The notes below the pieces were generated by a model. The model worked only from the letters and a program-made list of their open reading frames with translations. It was not told the DNA's origin and made no database searches. This document shows positions 21,877 through 31,180 of a stretch of 64,000 nucleotides of DNA, in pieces; position 1 is the first letter of the stretch, and each line of letters begins with the position of its first letter. The stretch is from NCBI GenBank assembly GCA_963754925.1, contig CAVWHX010000004.1:128001-192000 (forward strand), written 5' to 3'. The DNA is from an uncultured delta proteobacterium (lineage in GTDB: Bacteria; Myxococcota; B64-G9). A program made the position numbers and the translations under genes.

Positions 21877-22560
21877 TTAGTAACTATAAGAAACGATTTG
21901 CGGCAGCCCCAAAAAATTCTGCGTAAATGATAACGCGTGCTGCGTATCAAAACTTTTACAAGTATAAATATCGAGCGAGAGAACTTCGTCTTGCCAATGA
22001 TAGACACAACCGGATGTTTCCCAGTGGATCCAAGCTGTGCACCTATCAATTACCGCAGTAGACAGTGTTCTCATATCAAGCTCTCGAGAGAGGGCTGGCA
22101 GAAAACGCTCGATACTTTCTTGCGGCGGCGGCGAGCAATGGTATGACAACAATAGCAAGCGTTGGCGAACAATCTCAGGGGCCAGGTCTCTCCAGCGTGA
22201 CGGCCGAGGAATAATGCGTCCAAAAACCATATCATCGGTGCCAAAAACTCCGAAGCAATTTCTGGTAAATGCTACCGCTGTCTGCTCGTCGATCGGCCCA
22301 AAACCAAGTATGTCGACACTTATGAAACTAGGATGTCTGTTGTCCCAGATGTACAGGTGAATCGCGCCGCCGTTCTTTAAGGGAAGCCAGGCGGCGAGTC
22401 CGAATTTATCCGATAGATGCGCGGTCGGCGGAGAAGCGGGTTGCATCAAAAGCGCCTGGCATAGCCCCTGGAGATATCCGTACACTTTTGCCTCGGCTTG
22501 AGCGCCGTGACCTATTGGCTCTCTACTGAGAAACTCGATGACCAAAACGGAGTGTACCAT
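21877..22560 (-). CDS. Tandem two-domain pyruvoyl-dependent decarboxylase (AdoMetDC/SpeD-like)
   Basis: C-terminal domain AWIHWETSG...LSLDIYTCKSFD; N-terminal domain is a degenerate copy (AWLPLKNGGAIHLYIW...ISVDILGFGPID). Confidence 0.75.
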   Translation of the reverse strand: MVHSVLVIEFLSREPIGHGAQAEAKVYGYLQGLCQALLMQPASPPTAHLSDKFGLAAWLPLKNGGAIHLYIWDNRHPSFISVDILGFGPIDEQTAVAFTRNCFGVFGTDDMVFGRIIPRPSRWRDLAPEIVRQRLLLLSYHCSPPPQESIERFLPALSRELDMRTLSTAVIDRCTAWIHWETSGCVYHWQDEVLSLDIYTCKSFDTQHALSFTQNFLGLPQIVSYSY

Positions 22561-22615
22561 ATTGTTTACCTCTCCTGGTTTGAGTCATTAAGTCAGCTTT
22601 CTCGTCCGTAGCAGA

Positions 22616-23494
22616 CTACCTCAACCGTTGACTCATAGCTTGGTCAAGCAAAGGAACTAATATTTCGCCAGGTGCGTAAGCGATGTTCCTATCGCCGTCG
22701 TGGTAAAGGTACTTGGGAGTCAGTAATTCAATGAGACGGTGCGCTTTGGAACCACTGGCTGAGTATGCAACGATATCGCATTTATCGACCCATTCCGATA
22801 ATCGAAACAAACTTACATCGCGTAGCTCTCCTAAGAGTGCTGCTGCCGCGCCGCTGCCCCGCAGGTTCCTGGCCAAGCCCCACTCGGCGGTGTAGAAGGT
22901 CGGTCGAAGTAAATCCTTTCCTGCCTGCAAAAGACGCCGTTGGTACTCAGCGTAGGACAGTTTACCGAAAAATGCCTCCTCAAACTTTTCGGCCCATAAC
23001 TCCTGGTAGGTGGTCATCCATCCCCAGGTGAAACCTAAAAGCTGACCCTGCTGATCCCACAGAAATGCCCCGGCAATATCCTTTTGAAACTCGGTTTGGA
23101 TTCTTTCTCGAGTGTAGCCCGGTGGATAGAATAACTCCATCTCGCCTCCGCAACTCGGGCAGCGACACGTGTCATAGGGCAGTAACTCAGCAGCCTCGAG
23201 GTGCGCAACGCTAAGGCTGGACTGTAACCGAATATCGCGAGACCGTAAAACTTCACCAACACCTATTTTGCCAGGGCACCCTTTAATCTTGCATTTAAGA
23301 TACTCATTCCATGGCTCCGATCCGAATATATCCCGGTAGCAACCGGTAACACGGTCGAGCAGTTCATCTAACGCTCCGCTGACGAGGGCCGATCTGAACG
23401 CCTCGGATCTATAAAACCGTTCAATGGTTACTTCCCTCAAATCGCGAAGCGAGACAGTCCGAGATGCATTTTTATCTGAAAAATATGCTGTCAT
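22616..23494 (-). CDS. GNAT-like acyltransferase with inserted Cys4 zinc ribbon
   Basis: YRDIFGSEPWNE, CKIKGC...CPSC, LLGFTWG strand, acyl-CoA motif FYTAEWGLARNLRGSGAA. Confidence 0.65.
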   Translation of the reverse strand: MTAYFSDKNASRTVSLRDLREVTIERFYRSEAFRSALVSGALDELLDRVTGCYRDIFGSEPWNEYLKCKIKGCPGKIGVGEVLRSRDIRLQSSLSVAHLEAAELLPYDTCRCPSCGGEMELFYPPGYTRERIQTEFQKDIAGAFLWDQQGQLLGFTWGWMTTYQELWAEKFEEAFFGKLSYAEYQRRLLQAGKDLLRPTFYTAEWGLARNLRGSGAAAALLGELRDVSLFRLSEWVDKCDIVAYSASGSKAHRLIELLTPKYLYHDGDRNIAYAPGEILVPLLDQAMSQRLR

Positions 23495-23712
23495 AATAAT
23501 CCACTTCTAAGACTATGAGCTCAGCCCTCTCCAAAGAATAAGAACGACAAACATCTCAATCAGTTTCCGTGCGCCTTTGGATTCACCGGGCGCCACCCTC
23601 AACCTACTTTTGCCTACAACTAATTTTGAAAAAAACATTTTGTCAAATAATTTACATAGTTGTTGAACTTGATCCTATTAATCTGGTAGACTTTTATCTA
23701 GAGGATCAATCC

Positions 23713-25119
23713 ATGCTCCGCGGACCGTTACTGTCGGTTGTGTTTTTCACAATCGGGATGTTGACGCAAGCGGCGTCGGCAGAAAGTCCGCGTTCCTGCG
23801 CTTTGGACGCCACCATGGCGGCCTGGACCCTGTTGGAGGGCGACTGCCAAAAGGAAGGGCTGGTTTACGGCCAGGGAAGAGCAAAAGGTCCGGAAGGGTC
23901 CATCTATCAGGGCAATTTCTTCGCCGGTCTACCCGATGGCCACGGCACCTTGGTCACTCCGGACGGCAATAAATATGTCGGTGAATTTAAAAAAGGGCTC
24001 AAAGAAGGCGAAGGCACCCTCACCACCACCACGGGCTTGATTTATGTCGGAGAATGGAAACGGGACGCAAAAAACGGACGCGGGACCATGAGCGCGGCCT
24101 CCGGATTTAAATACGACGGCGAATGGAAGGACGACACCCGCAACGGCAAGGGCACCGAGACGCTGCCGGACGGCAGCACCTACATCGGCACGTGGAAAGA
24201 CGGCTCAAAGATAGGGCAAGGAACGCTCACCAACGCCAAGGGTGAGACCTGCGTCGGTGTTTGGAAAGGCGACAGTTTGTCAGGCCAAGGAACCGTTACC
24301 AACGCTCAGGGGGACCGGTTCGAAGGAACGTTCCAGAACGGCAAACGGACGGGAACGGGCACTGAGACTCTGGCCGATGGCTCGAAATTCGTGGGTACCT
24401 GGAAGGAGAATGTCCGTAACGGCCCCGGAACCGAGACGCTCGCGAACGGATCGAAGTATGTGGGAACATGGAAAGACGGTAAACGCAGTGGTCACGGAAC
24501 CGAAACGCTAACCGACGGGTCGAAATACGTCGGAAATTGGAAGGACGGCAAACGCAACGGCCAGGGAACTGAGACGTTAACAGACGGCCGATCGTACACC
24601 GGAGCGTTCAAGGACGGCCTGAGATCCGGCATCGGAACTGAGATTCTTCCCGGCAGCGGCAAGTATGTCGGCGAGTGGAAGGGAAACAAGCGTGAGGGTC
24701 AGGGGACGATGACCACCACGGACGGCAAGAAGTACGTCGGCGGATGGAAAGAAGGCAAAAGCAACGGTCACGGGATATTGACCGCTCCAAATGGTTACCA
24801 ATACGAAGGCGGGTGGGAAGACGGGAAAATGCACGGAAAAGGCAGGTTGTTGCTGCCAAACGGTACCGTGTACCATGGGGAATTTAAGAGCGGCGAACAA
24901 GACGGCCAGGGCACCGAAATCCTAAAAAACGGCACGAAATATATCGGCGAATGGAAAGCTTCGAAGAAGTGCGGCCAAGGCACGAGCACGTTGCCGAACG
25001 GTGCGAGTTATAGCGGTGAATGGATGAACGACAAAGCCAACGGACGGGGAACCCTGACCACTCCGGACGGGAAGCAACACACCGGAACATTCCTGGACGG
25101 AAAGATTATCTCACCGTAA
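23713..25119 (+). CDS. Secreted MORN-repeat protein (about 18-19 repeats of 23 aa)
   Basis: Signal peptide, then consecutive YxGxWKxGKRxGxGTxTxxDG units; RBS GAGGA before ATG 23713. Confidence 0.92.
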   Translation: MLRGPLLSVVFFTIGMLTQAASAESPRSCALDATMAAWTLLEGDCQKEGLVYGQGRAKGPEGSIYQGNFFAGLPDGHGTLVTPDGNKYVGEFKKGLKEGEGTLTTTTGLIYVGEWKRDAKNGRGTMSAASGFKYDGEWKDDTRNGKGTETLPDGSTYIGTWKDGSKIGQGTLTNAKGETCVGVWKGDSLSGQGTVTNAQGDRFEGTFQNGKRTGTGTETLADGSKFVGTWKENVRNGPGTETLANGSKYVGTWKDGKRSGHGTETLTDGSKYVGNWKDGKRNGQGTETLTDGRSYTGAFKDGLRSGIGTEILPGSGKYVGEWKGNKREGQGTMTTTDGKKYVGGWKEGKSNGHGILTAPNGYQYEGGWEDGKMHGKGRLLLPNGTVYHGEFKSGEQDGQGTEILKNGTKYIGEWKASKKCGQGTSTLPNGASYSGEWMNDKANGRGTLTTPDGKQHTGTFLDGKIISP

Positions 25120-25146
25120 CTGCTGTTTCTCGGTCAAAGGTAAAAC

Positions 25147-25278
25147 GGGAGGGCCTTGGGTGTTCGACAGGCGACCGTTAACACCCATGTTTCTCTTTTG
25201 TTATAAATACTGCTAGCATGTCACTTGTTTCTTCCGCTTTCTGCCGCGTGTCGTTCGACGAATACCCAGGGTCCTCCC
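25147..25278 (+). ncRNA. Unassigned structured element closed by a 20-bp stem
   Basis: GGGAGGGCCTTGGGTGTTCG (25147-25166) pairs with CGAATACCCAGGGTCCTCCC (25259-25278); the three non-Watson-Crick positions are all G-U on the + strand. Confidence 0.4.
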
Positions 25279-25374
25279 ATTGCAGAACTGAAAAAATTTA
25301 GGTAGTTATCGCATTGCATCAAAGGTGAATCTCATGGTTAAGATAAAGTGGCTGCACGACCAGGGAGGAGTCTG

Positions 25375-27204
25375 GTGATAAAATATTCAAAAGAACAGAT
25401 AGCGCAGTTAGACAAATACTATTCCCCTCCTCGCAACCTGGTGGATCTCTTCGAAGACAGCGTTGCCCGGTTTGGCGATCGCAGGGCCATCGGCCAGAAG
25501 GATCCCGCGACCAAGCAATACGTGTGGATAACGTACCGAGACCTGGCCGAACGAATAAAAAACTTGCGCGGGGCGCTTCAAATATTGGGACTTTTAAAGG
25601 GAGAAACCGTGGGCGTTGTACTAGGCAATTCTATTGAATGGTTTGTTATCGAAAACGCCACCCATGGTCTGGGCGGCCGCTTTGTTCCGCTCTATGAAAA
25701 GGAGCTTACGAAAAGATGGAAGTACATTATCAAGGACAGCTTTATTAAATTCCTTTTTGTCCGCGACCAAAAAATCTACGAAACGATTAAAGACATAAGG
25801 AACGAGGCGCCTGAGATCAAAGACATTTTCATCGTTTATGGACAGGGAGAAAAATCTCTATCCACCCTGGAAGAAAAAGGCAAAAACAATCCGGTGCCTT
25901 CCTATAAGCCGCATTGGAGCGAGATCGCGGAATTGATTTACACCTCCGGCACAACCGACGAGCCCAAAGGAGTGCTTCTCAGTCATGGCAACCTCAGCGC
26001 CTGCTCCCAGTCCGGCTACAAAATTTTTCAGGAGCTGATTGAAACCTCGGTCGCCTTATCGGTTCTTCCCTGGGCCCATTCCTATGCATTGAGCGCCGAG
26101 CTACATAATTTCCTGCAATTCGGCGGCTCGATCGGGATCATGGAATCCCTCGACACGCTCATCCAGGACTTTCAAGCCGTGCGGCCCACCCACCTGATGT
26201 CCGTCCCGCGCCTCTTCAATAAAATCTATAACGGTATACAACTGATGATGGAAGAAACAGGCGGCATAAAAAAGAAGCTCTTCGACGCCGCCTGCGCGGA
26301 GGCAGTGCGTTGCCGGGGCAAGAAAAAAAGCCTCAAGCTTGCAATCCTCGATAAACTGGTGTTTTCGAAAATCCGAGCGCGTTTCGGCGGCAGGCTGGTC
26401 GGCTCGCTGACGGCCAGCGCGGTCATGAATACAGATATTGCAATGTTTTTCAAAGACATCGGCATTATGGTGTACGACTGTTACGGGCTTACCGAGACCG
26501 CGCCGGCCATCACCATGAATTCGCCTCTCAAAGGCAACAAATTTGGGTCCGTCGGCAAACCCGTGGTGAACATGCACGTGAAAATAGATAAGTCCCGCAC
26601 CGGCAATGAATCAGAAGACGGTGAAATTCTGGCCTATGGCGCACATGTGATGATGGGTTATCACAATAAACCGGAACTAGACGCTGCGATTTTCACCAAC
26701 GAAACCTGGAACGGTTTTCCTGGCATTAGAACCGGAGATCTCGGACGATTTGATGAAGACGGGTTCTTGTATGTTACCGGCCGCTTCAAGGACGAATACA
26801 AACTGCTCAACGGAAAATACGTCCATCCCGAATCAATAGAAATTGACATGAAACTCTTGCCGCACGTAGCCAACGCCTTCGTCCACGGCGACGGTAAGGA
26901 ATACAACGTTGCCATCATCGTTCCTGATTTCATAACAATTAAAAAAGATCATCACACATCGAAATGGGCCCACCTGGAGCCAAAAGACATCATTGCTGAT
27001 ATGGAATTCAACTCATTCATCATCAACGAAATCATTGAGCATCTGAAAAAGTCTTTCGCCAATTATGAAATCCCCAAGAAATATATGTTCATCGATCAGG
27101 ATTTCACCCTCGATAACGGCATGCTCACTCAAACCATGAAGGTCGTCCGCCGTGAAGTTATGAAGAATTATGGGGACAGGATAACTCGATTGTACACCAA
27201 CTGA
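25375..27204 (+). CDS. Long-chain acyl-CoA synthetase (AMP-dependent)
   Basis: YTSGTTDEPKG, LPWAHSY, YGLTET, RTGDLG, LTQTMK; RBS GGGAGG before GTG 25375. Confidence 0.92.
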   Translation: MIKYSKEQIAQLDKYYSPPRNLVDLFEDSVARFGDRRAIGQKDPATKQYVWITYRDLAERIKNLRGALQILGLLKGETVGVVLGNSIEWFVIENATHGLGGRFVPLYEKELTKRWKYIIKDSFIKFLFVRDQKIYETIKDIRNEAPEIKDIFIVYGQGEKSLSTLEEKGKNNPVPSYKPHWSEIAELIYTSGTTDEPKGVLLSHGNLSACSQSGYKIFQELIETSVALSVLPWAHSYALSAELHNFLQFGGSIGIMESLDTLIQDFQAVRPTHLMSVPRLFNKIYNGIQLMMEETGGIKKKLFDAACAEAVRCRGKKKSLKLAILDKLVFSKIRARFGGRLVGSLTASAVMNTDIAMFFKDIGIMVYDCYGLTETAPAITMNSPLKGNKFGSVGKPVVNMHVKIDKSRTGNESEDGEILAYGAHVMMGYHNKPELDAAIFTNETWNGFPGIRTGDLGRFDEDGFLYVTGRFKDEYKLLNGKYVHPESIEIDMKLLPHVANAFVHGDGKEYNVAIIVPDFITIKKDHHTSKWAHLEPKDIIADMEFNSFIINEIIEHLKKSFANYEIPKKYMFIDQDFTLDNGMLTQTMKVVRREVMKNYGDRITRLYTN

Positions 27205-27239
27205 TTATACATAAAGAGGATGGGGGGAAGCTACCCAAC

Positions 27240-27998
27240 CTATGCCAGAAATCCCCCATCGCACACAATGCAGGTTCCCGTCGTAAAGGACGAAGCGTCG
27301 GAAACGAGATAGAGAACGGCCCCAGCCATTTCGTCAGGTTGAGCTACACGCTGTAATGGTACCATTCTGAGAGCTTCGTTCCTAATAACCTCATTATCAA
27401 CTAACGCTTTGGAGAATTTGGTGTCGGTAAGTCCCGGAAGCAGTGCATTGACCCTGATTTTCTTCAAAGCCAGTTCCTTCGCAAAGCCGAGGGTCATATT
27501 GATGAGCCCCGCCTTGGTTATGGAATACACCCCTTGAAAAAACCCCGGCCGTATACCGTTTATCGACGAGACATTCACGATAGCGCCGCCGCCCGAGGCC
27601 TCCATCAGCGGCACCGCCTTCTGGATCATGAAAAACGGGCCCTTGAGGTTGACGTCGTTTATTTTATCCCACACCCCTTCATCAACGCCGAGCATAAATC
27701 CGAAGTACGGATTGGCCGCCGCATTGTTCACCAAAATATTCAGCTTGCCGAATCGGTTTTTGATTTCATTGATGAGCGCATCGATTTGCTTCATATCCCC
27801 CATGTGGCAGGCGATGGCATCGGCCTTTCCGCCCTGCGATCTGATCTTACTCTCGACCTCTTTCAGCGCATCGATCTTTCTGCTCGATAAGATGCAATGC
27901 GCGCCGTGTTCGGCCAGCGTCGTGGCAATCGATTCGCCGATACCCCGGCTCGCCCCGGTAATTAACGCTACCCTGTCCTTAAGTGAGAAATTGACCAT
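27240..27998 (-). CDS. SDR oxidoreductase (DHRS4-like)
   Basis: TGASRGIG, LVNNAAANP, YSITK, PGLTDTKF. Confidence 0.92.
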   Translation of the reverse strand: MVNFSLKDRVALITGASRGIGESIATTLAEHGAHCILSSRKIDALKEVESKIRSQGGKADAIACHMGDMKQIDALINEIKNRFGKLNILVNNAAANPYFGFMLGVDEGVWDKINDVNLKGPFFMIQKAVPLMEASGGGAIVNVSSINGIRPGFFQGVYSITKAGLINMTLGFAKELALKKIRVNALLPGLTDTKFSKALVDNEVIRNEALRMVPLQRVAQPDEMAGAVLYLVSDASSFTTGTCIVCDGGFLA

Positions 27999-28024
27999 TT
28001 TTTTACCCTTCCTGTTTACGATTA

Positions 28025-29952
28025 TTAGAGAATCCGCCCCGCCTTATCACCCTCATGGATCGCTTCCAGGAGTCGCCGTGGACTGTTAACGTCGCCGACG
28101 GTCTGGTTTGGAATGCCGAGCTTGTCCAGAACTTCTTGCAAAGCGTTATCCGACTTCGCTCCCAAGGCGGTAACCACCGACGCCGCGGAGAGCTTTTTCT
28201 CCTCATCAGCTTCTTGATAGAATACCATGCCATCCTCTATCTTCGTCACGCGCGCGCCGATGATAATCCGGCCGCCCCCTGTTTAATTCTCTTATGAAGA
28301 AAGTACCCATGGGCCGTAAGCTTTCCCACAGGGAAATAGGGCTGCATCTCGAGAATCGTAACTTCGACGCCGTTGGCGAGCAAAAAGTCGGCCGTCTCCA
28401 TACCGACATACCCGGCGCCGAGAACAACGGCGGGACTTGCGACCTTGACCTTTCCCACCAAGATATCCCGGGCGTCAAAAACGCCGGGGCCCGATATGCC
28501 GGGGATGGGGGGCGTGGTTGGGTAGGCGCCCGCGGCCAGGATGACGGCGTCGGGCCTTTGCTGCGCGAGCTTTTCGCCCGTCACTTCTTGATCAAAGTGC
28601 ACTTTCACCTTGCGCTTTTTCAATTGACGAAGCGACCAATCCACCCAATCCATGAAGATCTTTTTATGCGGAGGACGGCTCGCGGACTGCAGCTGACCTC
28701 CGGCAACCTTTTCTTTTTCGAATACGGTGACATCATGCCCTCGCTCGGAAGCCGCCACGGCGGCGGAAAGACCCGCCGGCCCCGCTCCGATAATCCATAA
28801 CCGCTTCGGGGAATCAATCCTAACCGGCGCCTCTTTGCCCTCTTTCCCACATTCGGGATTGAAGACACAGGTGGTCGATTTATTTTCAAACGTCAGACGT
28901 TCGATGCAACCCTGATTGCACGCTATGCACCAACGGATATCATCGAAATCTCCCGCCCTGGCCTTGTTGACAAAATCGGGATCCGTCAAGTGCTGCCTGC
29001 CGAAGCTGACGAGATCGGCATCGCCGTCGGCGATGGCTTTGTCGGCCATCTCGATGCTGTTTATGCGTCCGACGCCGATTATCGGGACCTTGACGACGTC
29101 TTTGACGGCGCGGGCGCGGAAGAGATTGAATCCCGGAGCCGTATCCATAGAGGCGATACTCAAGTTACCCGGCGTCGAATACACTCCCACGGAAACGTGA
29201 ACGGCATTGACCCCTGCCGCCACCAAGCGGGGCGCAAGCCTCTTCATAAAATCCAGGTCATACCCGTCGCGAATCATCTCATCCGCTGAAACCCGGATAA
29301 GGACGGGATACGCCGGCCCTACCTCTTTTCGCACGGCTTCGATGATCTCCAGGACAAAGCGCGACCGGTTCTCCTCGGACCCGCCATAACGATCCGTTCG
29401 CTGATTGGAAAACGGCGAAAGAAATTGCGTCAGGAGATAGCCGTGGGCTCCATGAATTTCCACGGCGTCAAATCCCGCTTTTTTCGCCCGCGCGGCTGCG
29501 TTGGCGAATGAATCAATGACCTCGGCGATGCGCTCCAGGCTCATCTCTTCGCAAGGTTGACTCAGGATGACGCTGGGGATAGGCGATGGCGCCTCGGGGG
29601 TGCCGCCGGCGGCGATCGCAAAACTCTCGCGCCCCGCATGGTGAAGCTGCAGGGCGGCTTTTCCGCCTTCGCGGTGGACGGCTTCGGGGATCTTCGATAG
29701 CCCCGGAATGAACTCATCACTCCAGGCACCGAGCTCCCGCGGGAATCCCTTCCCGCGCGGGATAACGGCGCAGACCTCGGTGATGATCAGGCCGGTGCCG
29801 CCGCGCGCCCGGCGGCCGAGATAGTGAACCAGCCTATCGCTCACCGTGCTGTCGGCATTTGCGTAGCCGGTCGCCATGGCGGGCATGACCACCCGATTCT
29901 TCAACGTCATGCCGGCAATGGTTATCGGTGAAAAGAGATGATCGAACGTCAT
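28025..29952 (-). CDS. NADH:flavin oxidoreductase (Old Yellow Enzyme/2,4-dienoyl-CoA reductase family), frameshift near 28277
   Basis: EIHGAHGYL, RTDRYGGS, CIACNQGC Fe-S motif, GAGPAG; C-terminus (GDVNSPRRLLEAIHEG) in ORF 28025..28249. Confidence 0.9.
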
Positions 29953-30018
29953 GGTGTCTCCTTCGCGAACAAAAAATGTTTAAAATGACAGAATATGTCA
30001 AGCGAAATTCTCAAGATA

Positions 30019-30047
30019 TTGACATCATGTTTCATCTTGGCATAGTT
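30019..30047 (+). promoter_or_regulatory. Putative sigma70 promoter of the DUF488 island
   Basis: TTGACA-N17-CATAGT. Confidence 0.4.
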
Positions 30048-30161
30048 CTAAAAAGAATTAGAGTATCATGGATAGCTAGCAGCGTAGGTCAATAATAAAT
30101 ATCTTGTGTTGTGCTGATTGTGGGGTATAAACTAATTTAAGGTAATGATAGGTACACAAGC

Positions 30162-30716
30162 ATGACTGCCTTCCTCAAAGAAGAAAAGATTGTCCACGAA
30201 AAACGCGAAGTGTTCACACTGGGCCACAGCAATCATTCATTAGATGACTTTCTCAAATTACTTCAAGAAAATAAAATTGAGGTTCTCGTCGACGCGCGTA
30301 GCCAACCATACAGTCGTTACTTACCCCATTTCTCTCGGGAATCGCTTCAGCAAGAAGTCGAAGGATTATCAATCCGTTATCTTTTCATGGGCGATTCTCT
30401 CGGTGGAAGACCAAAGCAGGCGGATTGTTACGATACTCAAGGCAATGTCCTCTACAATAGGATTCGAGAGCAAGAATTTTTCAAGGAGGGCATTCGTCGT
30501 CTTTTGAACGGCATTGATCGTTTTCGTGTTTGCGTACTTTGCAGCGAGGAGAATCCCCGCCACTGCCATCGATCTTTATTGGTTGGAAAGGCGTTGGTTG
30601 ATCTTGGAGTTGAAGTTCAGCACATCCGAGGGAATGGAAGCATTGAGCATGAAATTACCGTTTCGACAACGCATGAAATCAATAACCAACGAAGAAACCA
30701 GCTCTCTCTCTTCTAA
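30162..30716 (+). CDS. DUF488 family protein (rhodanese-phosphatase fold), subtype with TxGHS
   Basis: FTLGHSNH, LVDARSQPYSR, LGGRP, LCSEENPRHCHR, VQHI. Confidence 0.9.
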   Translation: MTAFLKEEKIVHEKREVFTLGHSNHSLDDFLKLLQENKIEVLVDARSQPYSRYLPHFSRESLQQEVEGLSIRYLFMGDSLGGRPKQADCYDTQGNVLYNRIREQEFFKEGIRRLLNGIDRFRVCVLCSEENPRHCHRSLLVGKALVDLGVEVQHIRGNGSIEHEITVSTTHEINNQRRNQLSLF

Positions 30717-30725
30717 ATAAGAAAG

Positions 30726-31163
30726 ATGATACTTTTCACTATCGGATTTACCAAGAAAACCGCACGGCAGTTTTTCGAAGCACTCAACGGTGCTGGAGTA
30801 AAGAAACTTATAGACATCCGGCTCAACAACACATCACAACTTGCTGGCTTTACCAAAAGGGAAGATCTTGAGTATTTCGCTCAAACTATCTGTAGAGCCT
30901 CCTACCACCACATGCCAAACCTTGCGCCTACTCAAGAAATTCTTGATTCGCTGAAGAAACATAACGGAACCTGGGCGGAATATGAACAAAGTTTCAAATC
31001 TCTATTACACAAACGCGGCGCCATAGATAAACTGGAACGAAGTTTCTTTGAAGAACCATGCTGTTTGCTCTGCAGCGAAGCAACACCAGAACATTGTCAT
31101 CGCCGTCTCGTAGCCGAGGAAATCCAACGACGTTGGCCGGATACTGTGATTAAACACCTGTAA
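30726..31163 (+). CDS. DUF488 family protein, second subtype
   Basis: FTIGFTKK, DIRLNNTSQLAGFTK, LAPT, LLCSEATPEHCHRRLVAE. Confidence 0.9.
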   Translation: MILFTIGFTKKTARQFFEALNGAGVKKLIDIRLNNTSQLAGFTKREDLEYFAQTICRASYHHMPNLAPTQEILDSLKKHNGTWAEYEQSFKSLLHKRGAIDKLERSFFEEPCCLLCSEATPEHCHRRLVAEEIQRRWPDTVIKHL

Positions 31164-31180
31164 CTCCTAAGTGTTATAAC

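Noticed and set aside
24340..24640. CRISPR-like periodic repeats
   Set aside because: The 69-nt period is in-frame MORN coding repeat with third-position variation; no unique spacers and no cas genes.
25147..25278. 6S RNA, SRP RNA or integron attC as identity of the long stem
   Set aside because: Too short for 6S and not in its usual zapA/ygfA context; lacks the SRP GGAA-loop motif; no RYYYAAC/GTTRRRY ends and no integrase.
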